A DNA stretch of 64,000 bases from Camelus dromedarius (lineage: Eukaryota), in assembly GCF_036321535.1 (NCBI RefSeq), contig NC_087437.1:81656001-81720000 (forward strand), read 5' to 3'. A program made the position numbers and the translations under genes. The notes beneath the pieces are model-generated. The model was given only the letters and a program-made list of their open reading frames with translations. It ran no database searches and was not told the DNA's origin. Positions within the stretch are counted from its first letter, which is position 1. Each line of letters begins with the position of its first letter. Shown piece after piece: positions 1 through 56,402 of this stretch.

Positions 1-1123
1 CTACCATACTCCCAACACTGTAAAATTTATCCCTGTTGATACACATAGCTCTAGCTTCCTCATTTTCATTACTGTGCAATTTCCATAGTGTATGTATCTG
101 TGTATATATACATATATATGTAAATACACCATAATTTATTCATCCATTTGCCTCTCCCCTTTGTTAATGGGATAACAAATATTTAGGGAGAGCTAGAGAC
201 TGATAGATATCAAGAAGATGGCAAAAGAGAGGCAGGAAAAAGGAGAAAAAGAAACAAATTAGAAATAACACACAGAAAATTCCATTTTCCTCAAAGCAAG
301 TTTTCAGGAAGGTGATTCTGTAATATTTATTAAAAAGTCAAATGTGATTCCCTCTAATCTGTTAATCTTACTGTTACTAATTTACTCTCTGGTTATGCTT
401 GCAAAAGTTCACCTAGACATGGGCATAAAAATATTTGAAACAGAAAAAAAACTGGAAAACTACCAGTGTCAATTGGGAGGAGATTGATTTAATTATGGTA
501 TGTTCCATTTGTATAACAGAAGGAATTGTGGAGGTATACGAGCTGAAATGGAAAATATGCAACATGTATTACTAAGTGGAAAAAGCAAGATGAAAATTAG
601 AAGTATTTTTTTCTTACTTTTTACTTTTATATACTATTTTATTCTTTCTAACTCAATACACATTAATATTAATTATGATTACCAAAGTAATAAGTTATTT
701 TTAAAAATAGAAAGACAGTAACAGAGGGTAACAAATTTCCCTGGCACAATATCGCCATCTTGTGGCCATTTAGGATGCTGCCACCAGTTTCAAAAGGCTC
801 TTTTCAGATGTCTCAATTTTGCAATTTCCTGAACTTCAGTTCCACAACTCTCAATCTCCTACGTGGATGGATCAAAGGGATTAGACCCAATACCATGGAT
901 TTAAATACTATTTCTACACTGATAATCCCCAGATTATCACCAGCTTACGCATCTCTCTCTCCTCAGCTAAAGACTCCTGTAATCAACCGCCTACTCAGCA
1001 TTTCTATTTGGGGTTGAACTGGGCATAATTTAAGATGTCTAAAACCAAACTCTTAATAGAAAAACCACAGACTCTGCAACTCCTCTATCAAATCTCATTA
1101 CGTCTTCTTTTTTTTTTTTTTTA

Positions 1124-45760
<44,637 letters not shown>

Positions 45761-45979
45761 TGCTATTGACGTCCACGTCACTTTGCCGAAAAGTGGACCC
45801 GGAGCCGAGACAGACTCAGACCCAATGTCGTAAAAGGTCCTCGGAAGTCTGGGACGGAGCTTCTGAAGAGGGAAAGGAAGAGGGAAGAGGCCAGGCACCG
45901 GAGGGACGCAACCTCACGGCGTCCCGGGGGCGGAAGGCCGCTTGGAGGAGGAGACTTGGTGAGCCGCGGCGCCTGCAAA

Positions 45980-45999
45980 GACTACATGTCCCAGGATGC
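45980..45999 (+). promoter_or_regulatory. ZNF143/THAP11-HCFC1 (SBS-type) motif
   Basis: GACTACATGTCCCAGGATGC matches ACTACAnnTCCCAGnATGC. Confidence 0.8.
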
Positions 46000-46865
46000 C
46001 GCGGGGCCGGCCGGGCGCAGGGGGCGGGGCTTGGCGAGGGCGCGCGTGCCAGTAGAGGCCCGTGGGAGCGTCCTTTCTTGGCGTCCAGTTGGCGCCTTCG
46101 TTGCATCTCGGCGTCACCTTAAAGTCAAATTTGAGAATCCTAAGTAGTGGAGGGAGGAGGGGAGGTAGGGAGATAGCCATAGTCGAGTCATTTCCTAGAG
46201 TAATAACTGTGTTTGAGGAAAGAGTGGGATGCAAGGAAAAGGCACGCCCACCCCTATTTGTGGGCGCGGCCAGAAGTACAAATGGAAGCCACATACTTTA
46301 TGTCTGAATACTTAAAAAAAAATTTTTTTAATGCTAAACAGTAGAGGAAATATGTTCTTGCCACCTTTATAAACGTACCTTCTTAACAACGTGGAAGATC
46401 AAGTCCAAATTTAAAATTCTAGAACTCTGGAGTTCCAAGCAGGGAGAGCTGCCACGTTTCTTCTCTTTACACCGTACTTCCCCTTCACTCCACGTGGGTG
46501 GCCACCTGGCTTCCACATCCAAGCTCGGGCCACACCACCACCACCAAAGGGTCGGCCCTTTCTCTCCCCTTGACTGTCCTTGTGCCTAGGAGTGGGTACA
46601 GGCCCAGGAGGATGGACCTAGGGTAATGCTTTTGCAAGCCTGGAACCAATGCTGACAAAGTAGAGCCACATGTAATTCTATGGATAAATCTGGAAAATAT
46701 GATGTTAAATGAACAAAACAGATTTCAGAAGGATAGGTAAAATATGCTGTCGTTTATATTTGGCATTAAAAATAGGTAGCACATATTGTTATTAATTAGA
46801 TGCATCTGTGCTTTTTTTAAAAAAAAAATGCACAGGAATGACACAGAAAAATCAGAATGGCAGTT

Positions 46866-47482
46866 CTCAAGATAAACACAGCAGACATTAAAGTAGTGAA
46901 AATAGATTATATTCAGAAACTACTGACAGTAGGGGAAAGGGCTGAGCTCCATTCTGATTTTGTGCAGAGGTGATTAGGGGTTTTAAAGGGAGGATGAGAG
47001 AGCAGGGAGAGCAGACTCATTAGAGTCAGACAAGTGAAAAATTACAAAGCGTTGGTCAGTGTCATTGTGATTAGGCCAGCTGAATATGCTAGCTGGCAGT
47101 TTTCAAGGTTAGAATTCTTTCCTCCCACAGAAATGGGAGACAGAGACCCTGACTTTCTTGATGATTACATTTCAAAGGAATGGCTCTCAGGTCCTTGAGA
47201 AGGACACTTCTAAGTTGTAAGAGACACATATTCACAACTGTAAGCCCTTTCTAGTACATGATCCAAGAGAGGTTAGTAGCCTATCATCAGATGTTGGCTA
47301 GATCAACAGCAAATTCTCCTGGCAGCCAGTGAGCTTTCTCAATGAGGCATTTTAATGGGGTTCAGTGGGTGTGGGATCATCCTAGGGGCACAGCCTTAAG
47401 TTGCTAACAACCATGCAAGAGTTTGGTCAAGTTCCTTAGTGCAGGGGTTTCCAGAGAGTTGTTATGTTCTGCAGTTCTCACA
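46866..47482. mobile_element. Probable ERV solo LTR (MER31/MER67-like) inserted in an old L1
   Basis: ~620-bp block interrupting L1ME-like sequence, with CAGTT at both junctions; family call from recall only. Confidence 0.5.
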
Positions 47483-48189
47483 GTTACATTTGTGGGTGGG
47501 GAGGAAATGGCTTCAGTTATATTTTTAATATTTTATTTCTTAAGAACTGAGAAGTGGCTACATAGGTGATCAGTATTCTTTGTAGAGTTTATACTTTGGT
47601 ATCTAAAATGTTTCATAATTTTAAAACTGTTTGATTAAATAAGCACAAAGCATAACACAGCTCTTTCATTTACAGCCAAACACATGTTCATTCTCTTCCC
47701 AAAGGAGAGATACTGCAGAGCCACATTAAAGCACCCACTTCTAAGCCCAGGATCTCTGCATGATGTTCAGTCCTTCTGTGGGGAAAATATCTTTTAACAT
47801 GGTTTGAGGGTTTAGATGGCAGCTATCAAAAAGAATAAAAGGCATGAGTCTAGGTCAGATTACCATCGTGATATTCAGGACCTCTGCTGGGTCCCTTCAG
47901 TTGTTGTCAGTGAGTTTTCAGAAGCTTTTCTAAAATAGTTTTTAAACTATTAAGTCAGAAAAAAACAAACTATTAAGTCAGTGATATGACAAGCAGTTGT
48001 TTCTTGGTTAAGGTGATTCTAACCCTCAATTGTAATTCATTTTGAATGTAATTAAACCAGTGGCTGCTTTATACTTCATGTAATAAAAAGATTATTTTAT
48101 TAAAAATACATCACTTGACATTTTCAAGCAGTTCTTCATTCTGTAGTAGTAAAGTTGAAACTTCTGACTTCCATTCTCTTTAACTGGGC

Positions 48190-48370
48190 CAGAGTCAGCT
48201 TCATGGGCGTGCAGCCTGTGCAGCAGCACAAGACCCCATTGCTGAGAATGGCCCTGCACTTCATTTGGTGCTCTGTTTTTCCCATCTTGAAATTCTTAGT
48301 AATGGTGGAACAGGAGGCCATTCATTTTCATTCTGTACTAGGCCCCCAACAAATTACATAGCCATTCCTG
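48190..48370 (+). mobile_element. MER53-like hAT MITE
   Basis: CAGAGTCAGCTTCATGGGCGTGC...CTTGAAATTCTTA.TAAT...CATTTTCATT..G.ACT.GGCCCC..CAAATTA..TAGCC..TCCTG. Confidence 0.78.
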
Positions 48371-49059
48371 AATCGGGTCGCTGTGATATTGATATGCAAC
48401 CCACTGGGGACAAGATTCCAATTGAAATTGTTTAGTGATGATATTTTCTGGAGTATTTATATCATCTGTTCCTTACTCATCGAAACATTCTATGTTGTAC
48501 TGAGTATTCACTCTGAAATCATGATATTCACCGTGATGACATCCTCTTCCTCCAGTGGTAATTCTGGGTATCTGTTAGGTGAAGTCCTAGAAACTTGGTG
48601 TGCCTTTGGTTCCTCTGCCTTGAACCATTTCACTGGTTCACTCTCTGCCGTGTTTGCTTGTTTGGCTTGTTGATATCCAGGCTGCTGAGTTACTGCAGAT
48701 CTCCGTGGTAGTTGAGTCTTTTGCTCATAAGCCCTTTCTCCTTTTTCTTTTGCTCTGGGTCAAGGTCATCCACATTTTCCCCTGTACTTTGCCTTGTCTT
48801 CTGAAAGGAAAAACACCACACTGGGATCTCCAGGCTGCTGAATTAGGGCGGACGCCTGCTTGATGAGTTTTCTCATAAGTCTTTCCTCTTACTCTGAATC
48901 TGGTTTGTCTACATTTTCCCCAACATGCCTCACTTCCTGAGATGACAAGGATCACACTATGCCCACAGAACATTTTCTAGCTGGCTACAAGTTTTTAGGG
49001 GTGTAACTTTTTGAGTATTTTTGTGCTTTAAAAAAATACTCAAATTCCTGCCATTTAGT

Positions 49060-49295
49060 CAAGACATTGGCCAGGGTTGCAGTCATGCAGTTATCTGAAG
49101 GCTTCACTGGAGCTGGAGGTTCCACTTCGACGGTGGCTTACTCACATGCCTGACGAGTTGGTGTTGGCTGCTGGCAGGATGCCTGTGGTTCTCTCCAGAT
49201 GAAACTTTCCATGGGCTACTTGAATGTCCTTTTGACATAGAGGCTGGCTTCCCCTAGACTGAGAGTTCAAGAGAGACCAAGATCAAAGCCAGCCT
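49060..49295 (-). mobile_element. MaLR LTR fragment (MLT1-type)
   Basis: TCTGAAGGCTT.ACTGG.GCTGGAGG.TCCACTTC.A.GGTGGCT.ACTCACATG. Confidence 0.7.
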
Positions 49296-50649
49296 GTAAA
49301 TAACACATTCATACGAATTGTAACACATACCTGTATTTTTTATGCATATTGTTAAAAGCATATGTCATGTAATTCCATCCAATTACCTTAGGTGGTTACT
49401 TGCTAACTATTCTATTTGAAAAGACATATGCCTAAAAGGAAGGTTAAGTTCAAGGTAGGAGGTGAATTGAGACAGATTATACATAAAGAATAGCACAGCC
49501 ATTGTCTAAGGATAATGCTTACAGCTTCTGTGTGTGTGTGAACTCACAAAAAGCAAGAAGTTGTTTTAAAACGAAGGCTATTTCCAGCCAACATGTTGTT
49601 TACTACCCCCTTTTCCAACCAGCAGTGACTCAACCCTAATAAGAGCCTTTTGTCTAGAACATTTAGGAGCAAATCTGGAATGAGGAAAGAGTGAAACAGG
49701 CTCCCACATTAAAGTGTAACCATCCTAAACCCAAGAATGCGTCATTCCCTATCCAAATGTTTACTTTGGTTTCATCTATATAACCTACTAAGAGTCAACT
49801 TCAATTAGCAATGACACCTCCTCGAAGGATAATGGAGAAATATTATAGTTTTCAGCTCTTTATCACTGTTTGCTCAACACTTTTAAATGAATTAAAAGCA
49901 GATGTTGAAATTGCTGCCAACTGTTCACTTGTCATCTGTGCATGGGAATTAACTTGGTTTTGTTCATCATTAAATTAAATGTTAGGCTTTAGGAGTTTAA
50001 AGAGGCTTGGAATGCAGGTCCTGATGGGATTTTAACGTTAGAAATAACTAAAGTAATTTTGATCATTGTGAAAACATTCGTCTTTGAAAGATAAGGACAA
50101 TTCCTGGGAAAGTCTAAAATTCTGAAACTCTCACAAAAATCAGTCTTTTGTATTCAACAAGAACTTTGGGGCACCATCTACACTTTCAGTCCTGTGTTTG
50201 GTATAGTGGGGGCTACAAAAGAACTTAAAAATGGTTGCCATTCTCAGAGTTAAAGAGTACCAGATGCTGTATGACTCAGTCCCCAGGCAGAGGGCCTGCT
50301 ATCAGTCTTTTGCGAGTTCAGAGTGGGTAGAGCTTGAGGAGAGCTGAGGTTATATGGGCGGGAATCTCAGGGGAAGACTGACTGAACGATGAAGAATGTG
50401 CAGGATTTAATAACACCTCAAGTGGCAGCCAGCCTCTAAGATGGCTCTCAGTGGTTCTTGCCTTTGGATATTCAGGCCTTACACAGCTTATCACTTTCAT
50501 TTCCATATTCCAAATTCACATAAGAATAAAAAATTAAACAAAAAGAACTCTCAGGATATAATGAATATGAAAATGACCATAGAAATAGAAGGATTTTTTA
50601 AAAACTTAGATAAAGAATTTCTTCTCTATAATTTTGCTCACACCTTTTT

Positions 50650-51830
50650 TTCTGGACAGTATCAACTACTTCTCTGTTGTTAATTCCCACCTGTAACCTG
50701 ATAACTCCTAGATCTGTATTTTCAACCCGGGCCTTTTATACTTTGCATTTATAAATCTAGCCATCTACTGGGAGCTTGCACTTGGATGATCCACAAACAG
50801 TCCAAACTCAATTATTTCTAAAACCAAACTCATATGTCTACCTGCTCCCCAGATGGTACCATTTCTGTAGAGGTAAATGATTTTATTATATATCCAGTCA
50901 TCTAAGCCAGAAACTTGGGAGGTAGTCGAGCTTCTTTCCTTCTTCTTTCCCATAGGTCACCAGGGCCTGCGTGTCTTTTCCTCTCTGAGTATTTTTCCGG
51001 TCAGGTCCTTTTTCACCACCCCTGCAGCTCCTCTCTTGCCTTTGCTCTTCATTTTGTTTTACATGGAGGGATTCGTTAATTAGATCCACCTTCTTCCACT
51101 CTCTTCCCCAAGAAGTCAACACAGCCTCTGTACCAGGGGTTCAAACTGGCTGCTCTCAGACTAGATTTACTTCACAGCTTTTCTTCTCTTGTCATTTTCA
51201 ATCACGTGGATGTCTTTATACACTTATCAGTTTCTCTTCTCCACCACTCCCCATCCCTTTAGACCAGCCCCCAATTTACACATTTGTTACTTTCTTGGTC
51301 CTCAGAGGTATTTGAATTTGTGCCTCTTGCTACATATTTCTAAAATGGAAATCTGCTTAAAATCTTTCCATTGCTCATCATCCCCTATAAAGAATGTCCA
51401 AATTCCTTATCATGGATACAATACTCTCATAATCTCAGGTACTTTCCCTTCTTTCCTCGTAACATATGCTTCAGCCATTCTATATTTACAGGCCCCAGAT
51501 ATGCCCTGCTGCTCTGGGACGTGTTGTCTTTGTTAAAACTTATTTCCTCTGCTTTGTTGCTTGCTACTAACTTCCTTCAGCTGCTTACACCTAGCCATAT
51601 GGCTTGAGCAGCATTTTCTTTGTAACCCTCTCTCTTAAGCAGAATTATTCATCCCTGCCTTTTGCTTCCACTTCCCCTTAAATATACCTTAAAATTATAT
51701 GCTTCTGCATTTGTTTTCTCTGCTAGACATGCTATCCTTGGGACCAGCTTAATATATGTTTATATTTCCAGTGCCTGGCATAGTACTTGATACATTCCTG
51801 TAATCTGCTGTGTGAGTAAATAAATGAATG
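50650..51830 (+). mobile_element. L2 remnant
   Basis: Pyrimidine-rich L2 motifs ending CCAGTGCCTGGCATAGTA...TGAGTAAATAAATGAATG. Confidence 0.65.
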
Positions 51831-51832
51831 GA

Positions 51833-51834
<2 letters not shown>

Positions 51835-51874
<40 letters not shown>
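51835..51874. repeat. (GT)20 microsatellite
   Basis: Read directly from the sequence. Confidence 0.97.
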
Positions 51875-51876
<2 letters not shown>

Positions 51877-54800
51877 CATTATTACTACAAACACTTGTAG
51901 AAGAGTTACTGTGTGCCAGGCATTATTCTAAGCACTTCTGTTAACCCATTTAATCCTCCCAACACCCCTATGAATTAGTAATGAATAAATATGAAATCTG
52001 AATTCAAGTTAGATCAAATAGGCAAGTAGTTTTCTATCATGATTTCAGAAGCATGTCTTCAGAAATAGGAATGATTGTCATGTTTGTATTAAATAAAAAA
52101 AAGAAGTTAATGAAGACACACAAAAGATGAAGAAGGAGGACATTACTTCAGGCTCCTGATTTATCACAAATAGGTGCAGTTACTCAATTGGATGTTTCTG
52201 CTTCTGTTTAATGAAATCCTTCCTGGGAGAGGCAAAATCTTATGTCATCATTTTTAGCCTGAAGCAGAATAATTTCTTCTTGCCACAAAATGCTATTTTT
52301 TAAATTATTGATTTGTATAAAGCATTTGGAGAAAATCTGTGAGCAGAGACAAAGCCTATATTCATAGATGATGATAATGCTTAAATTTTGTTTCTTTACA
52401 GTGTCCTGTGAGGCTCTGCATAATCAGCAACCCCCATGTTCCCTCCATCTGGAAAGCTCTTTCCCCAGATATGTTTATGACTCCCTGGGTAGATAGCATT
52501 CAGGTAGACAGAGATACGGGAAGGAACCTCCAGAAGGGACTGACACGATCAAATGCAGAAAAGCACCAGGGATGTTGGTGGTTCGGAGAGTAGGCCAGTG
52601 ACGGGATAGACAGCTTGGCCGGGAATTGGCTGGGAATGGAGAGCAATTGAAGGTTCTCAAATAGAAGAAGACTGTGATCCAAGGAGACTTTTACAGAGAT
52701 GAACATGGAATTGAGTTCAAGTTGGATTGAAGGTGGAAGAGATCAGAGAAAGGGAGGTCAGCCATTGGGCAGGGAGATCCTATACTGGGATATTAGCCAC
52801 AGAGCTGGTAGGAGAGTGATGAAAGTGAGAAAGATGATGAGAGACTGAGTGCCTGATGAGCTGTGAGAGACAAGAGAAGTGGATGGTGGTCCAGATGACA
52901 GTGGCCACAGCAGGAGCAGAACCCTCAGGAAGAGGGTCTGTTGGGGATAGAGGTTGGGTGGAAATGGGCTATATTAGGGCTGTGGTCCAGAAAATGGACC
53001 AGGTCTAAGGATACAAATCCTGTAAAAATCTCTGTAGGATAAGGGGTAACCAATTAAGAGACAGAGAGTGGCAGTGGCACTCTCACATGTCACTATGGAA
53101 GTGGATTGGTGCAATGTTTTTGGACAAGAATTTGGAAATACTCATTAACATCTAAAATATGCATGTCCTTTGAAACATTCTCTGTACAATTTGTCTTACA
53201 GAGATATTTGCACAGTTGAGCAAGAGTATATACAAGGATGCTCATTGATGTATTGTTCGGCTTGTAATGGCAAAAAATTAGAGTCAGCCTACATGTCCAT
53301 CATTGGGTGGCACATCTATCTGATGAGATACCATGTTGCAGATAAAATAGCATGAGGTGAAACTATGTATATGACACAGAAAGATATCTAGCATATATTA
53401 AGTAGAAAAAGCAAGTTGCAGACGTGTTAACTAAATGGGAAGAATCCTTTCATAATGTATATGTATATCAAATCATCACCATGTATACTTTAAATATCTT
53501 TCAGTTTTGTCATTTATACCTCAGTAAAGCTGAAAAAATTTATAATTTTAAAAAAACCTCTTAAACATCCCACCCCACCCCTCGACTAATAGAATAGTTC
53601 ATTGGTGTATGTTTTGGTCCTACCTGGCCTTAAAAACCTGCAGGTCACTTCTCTACCCGCTAGGAATTGTGTCATCCATTTTATTCATTTAAAAAAAAAT
53701 GAAATGAATTGAAAAAAGCAAGTTGCAAAAAGGTGTGTCTAGCATAATTGTACTTTCAAAAAAATTGATATACATGTTTGGACATGCACATATAGAAAGG
53801 TCTAAAAGAATACATGGAATTGTTAACCCTGGTAGTTTTTGGTGGGTAGGACTTGAGGAGACATTCACCTTCTTCATCTACAGTTGTTAGAATTTTTTCC
53901 ACTGAGCATGTATTATGTTTGTAATAAGAATAAAAGTTTGGAATTTTAGGAAAACCACTTACAGACTTTCTTAAGGAGGTCATTCAGTCACTGGTACTAG
54001 AGGTGAGATCATAAAAGTAGGTCAAAGCAAGGCAGGAAAACAAGCGATGGACTTAGTGTGTGGAAGCAGTACGTGGTGTATATGTATATGAAAACAAGTG
54101 GACAAGGCCCTGCCTGGTTTGGCACCTCCTGAACATTCTAGCCGCCTTTTATAGCACCTTCCCTCCCCCTCACACTGGCCTCCTCTGTGTTCCTTGAATA
54201 AGCCTTTGAGCACAGGGCCTTTGCATATGCTGTTTCTGCCCTGAAAAAAATCCCCCACCCCAAACACACCCAGACTCTGACATATATACACCTTGCCCTT
54301 ACTTCTTATCTCAGCTCAGTGGTCACTTCCTCCGGGAAGTGACAGGGCAGCATTTCAGAATATGTCAGGCCTCTTTGATATATATGTCTTTAGATACGCT
54401 ACATGTGATTAAATGAGGAAACAAGAAATTTAAAATGGGAAGGGAGAAGGAAGGCAGAGAGTGATGTAGGCTTGAATGGTATTCTTGTTTTGAAATCTTT
54501 CTTTGATCTATACTGTCTTGTCTACCTGCTTCTCCTACTTTTATGTTTACTTGTGGTTCTTCTTAGAGGTTTCTTGAATCCTGAAATCATTAGAAGACTG
54601 TGCACTCCTTCAGTATCATTGTACCATTTCCCTTTGGACAAGTTCCTTTCTACCACCATTTACTGAGCACCTTAGCATGTACTAAGTTCTGTTCTAGACC
54701 CTGGGTGGAGGGACCTTATCTACCTCCCACCTTTCCTACTTTCACCTCTCTTACTCTCTTATTCAGTATAAATTCAGCCTATCACTGTGATTTTCAGTCT

Positions 54801-55603
54801 CCTGAGCATCGGGATAACCTGAGGAGTTTTAAAAAAAGAAAAGAAAATCAAGAAAGCAAGGTGGGAATTAACCCCCTGGGATCCTGACTCTGCTGGTCTA
54901 GGGTCAACCAAGCACAGGAGTGTTCTAAAAGTTCCTTGAGTGATGCTCACGTGCAGGCAGCATTAAGTACTGCTGGCCGAGATTAAGCTTGAAGCAGACA
55001 CTACTTGGAGAACTGGAGAATATGTGACTTCTGGAAATCAAAGCCTGGTGGTTCTAATGGCACTGGTCTCTCAGTGTCAGACTTGCTTTGCTCACAAAGG
55101 TTGATGTTGAAGGCAGAAAGCGTAAAAGGCGACATAGCTTCACTATCACCCTGAGTTAAGACTGATGACTTCGGTCCAGAGCATTTGCTTCTAGGAAAAA
55201 ATCTGATCACTTGAACAGCTGTATGAGGGACAGGTGTTCATGGCAGACAGGAACGGGTTAAATGCCCATGGGGCCTATACTAACTCATACCCTGTTCTCT
55301 GTCACCCAGGCGTCTCAAAGACTTTAAGGACAAGCAAATATTACTTCAGGAGTTTAATGCATGGGGCACCTGAGGCCTTGAAGGGTTTAAACTTTATTCT
55401 TGGTATAGTCTAGCTACCAGGACTCCTGACTCCAAAACTCCAGAGGTTATCACCAGTTGTCCTGTCTGAAGCAGGACGTCTGATTCCTAGTCCCGGCTCA
55501 GCCACTAACTAGATAGACATGGCCCGTTTCAGTCACTGCAACTCTCAGGGCCTGGGTTTCCTCAGATGAGGTAAACTGAACTATATGGTCGATCCAGACC
55601 CCC

Positions 55604-55636
55604 TGCAGCATTAAAAAGTGACACTAGGTGGCGCTC
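55604..55636 (+). promoter_or_regulatory. CTCF site with upstream module
   Basis: TGCAGCATT-AAAAA-GTGACACTAGGTGGCGCTC: core CACTAGGTGGCGC plus a TGCAG upstream module at the typical spacing. Confidence 0.7.
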
Positions 55637-56207
55637 GTGTAACTCTGATGGGGGTGGTTAGACTGTGTTGGCTGCCAGGCTCCTTTTGTCCCTTAGAAGA
55701 CTCAGGGACATGCTAGGTGTGGCTCAGGAAATAGTGCAGTTTTAGGAAGCCTGCTTGGGCCTTCTTTCATCAAGAAAAGCCTTTGAATCTGTGGGTGCCT
55801 GTTGCATTTTATCAGCTACTTTCACTAATGTACTTCTGATTTCATAATCCTCTCCTTTTTATCATCTCAAATTTTTGAAGATTATAGGGAAAACTGTTTC
55901 CTGTGGCTTAGCTACATTTATAACATTGTCCAGACACACATGCCTGTGTGACACAAAAGCACGTGATATTACCTTAGCAAGTATTCAGTTCTCCCAGTCA
56001 CATTCCACCGCCAGAGTAACTTCCAGGAGAGAAGCACTGTCCCAGCATTGAATGTCAAGCAAATGAGATTCTATCCTGTGATGAGTCGCCACTGGACAGG
56101 GTCACCCAGACATGGTTTTTGTTCAAAGCCTTGCTCCCTACAGCTGATTTGTCCTGATGTTTCCAAGAGGTTCATTCTGGTCCAGGTTCATTTCAAGAAT
56201 GCAGTCT

Positions 56208-56402
56208 AATAGAAAACCAACTTATGGTTACTAAAGGAAAAGGAGGGGGGATAAATTAAGAGCATGGGATTAACAGATATACATCACTATATATAAAATA
56301 AATAACAAGGATGTACTGTATAGCACAGGGAACTATATTCAATATCTTGTAACAACCTATAATGGAAAAGAATCAGAAAAAAATGCGTGTGCGTGTGTAT
56401 AA
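56208..56402 (+). mobile_element. L1 3'UTR piece with TSD but lacking the usual terminal segment
   Basis: TSD AAGAATGCA(G/A)TCT at 56195 and 56403. Confidence 0.8.

Noticed and set aside
1..1100. TBC1D23 exon 17 and later exons
   Set aside because: No DEIDSSSMSDDDRKE-like coding sequence found; the region looks like L1/L2 remnants
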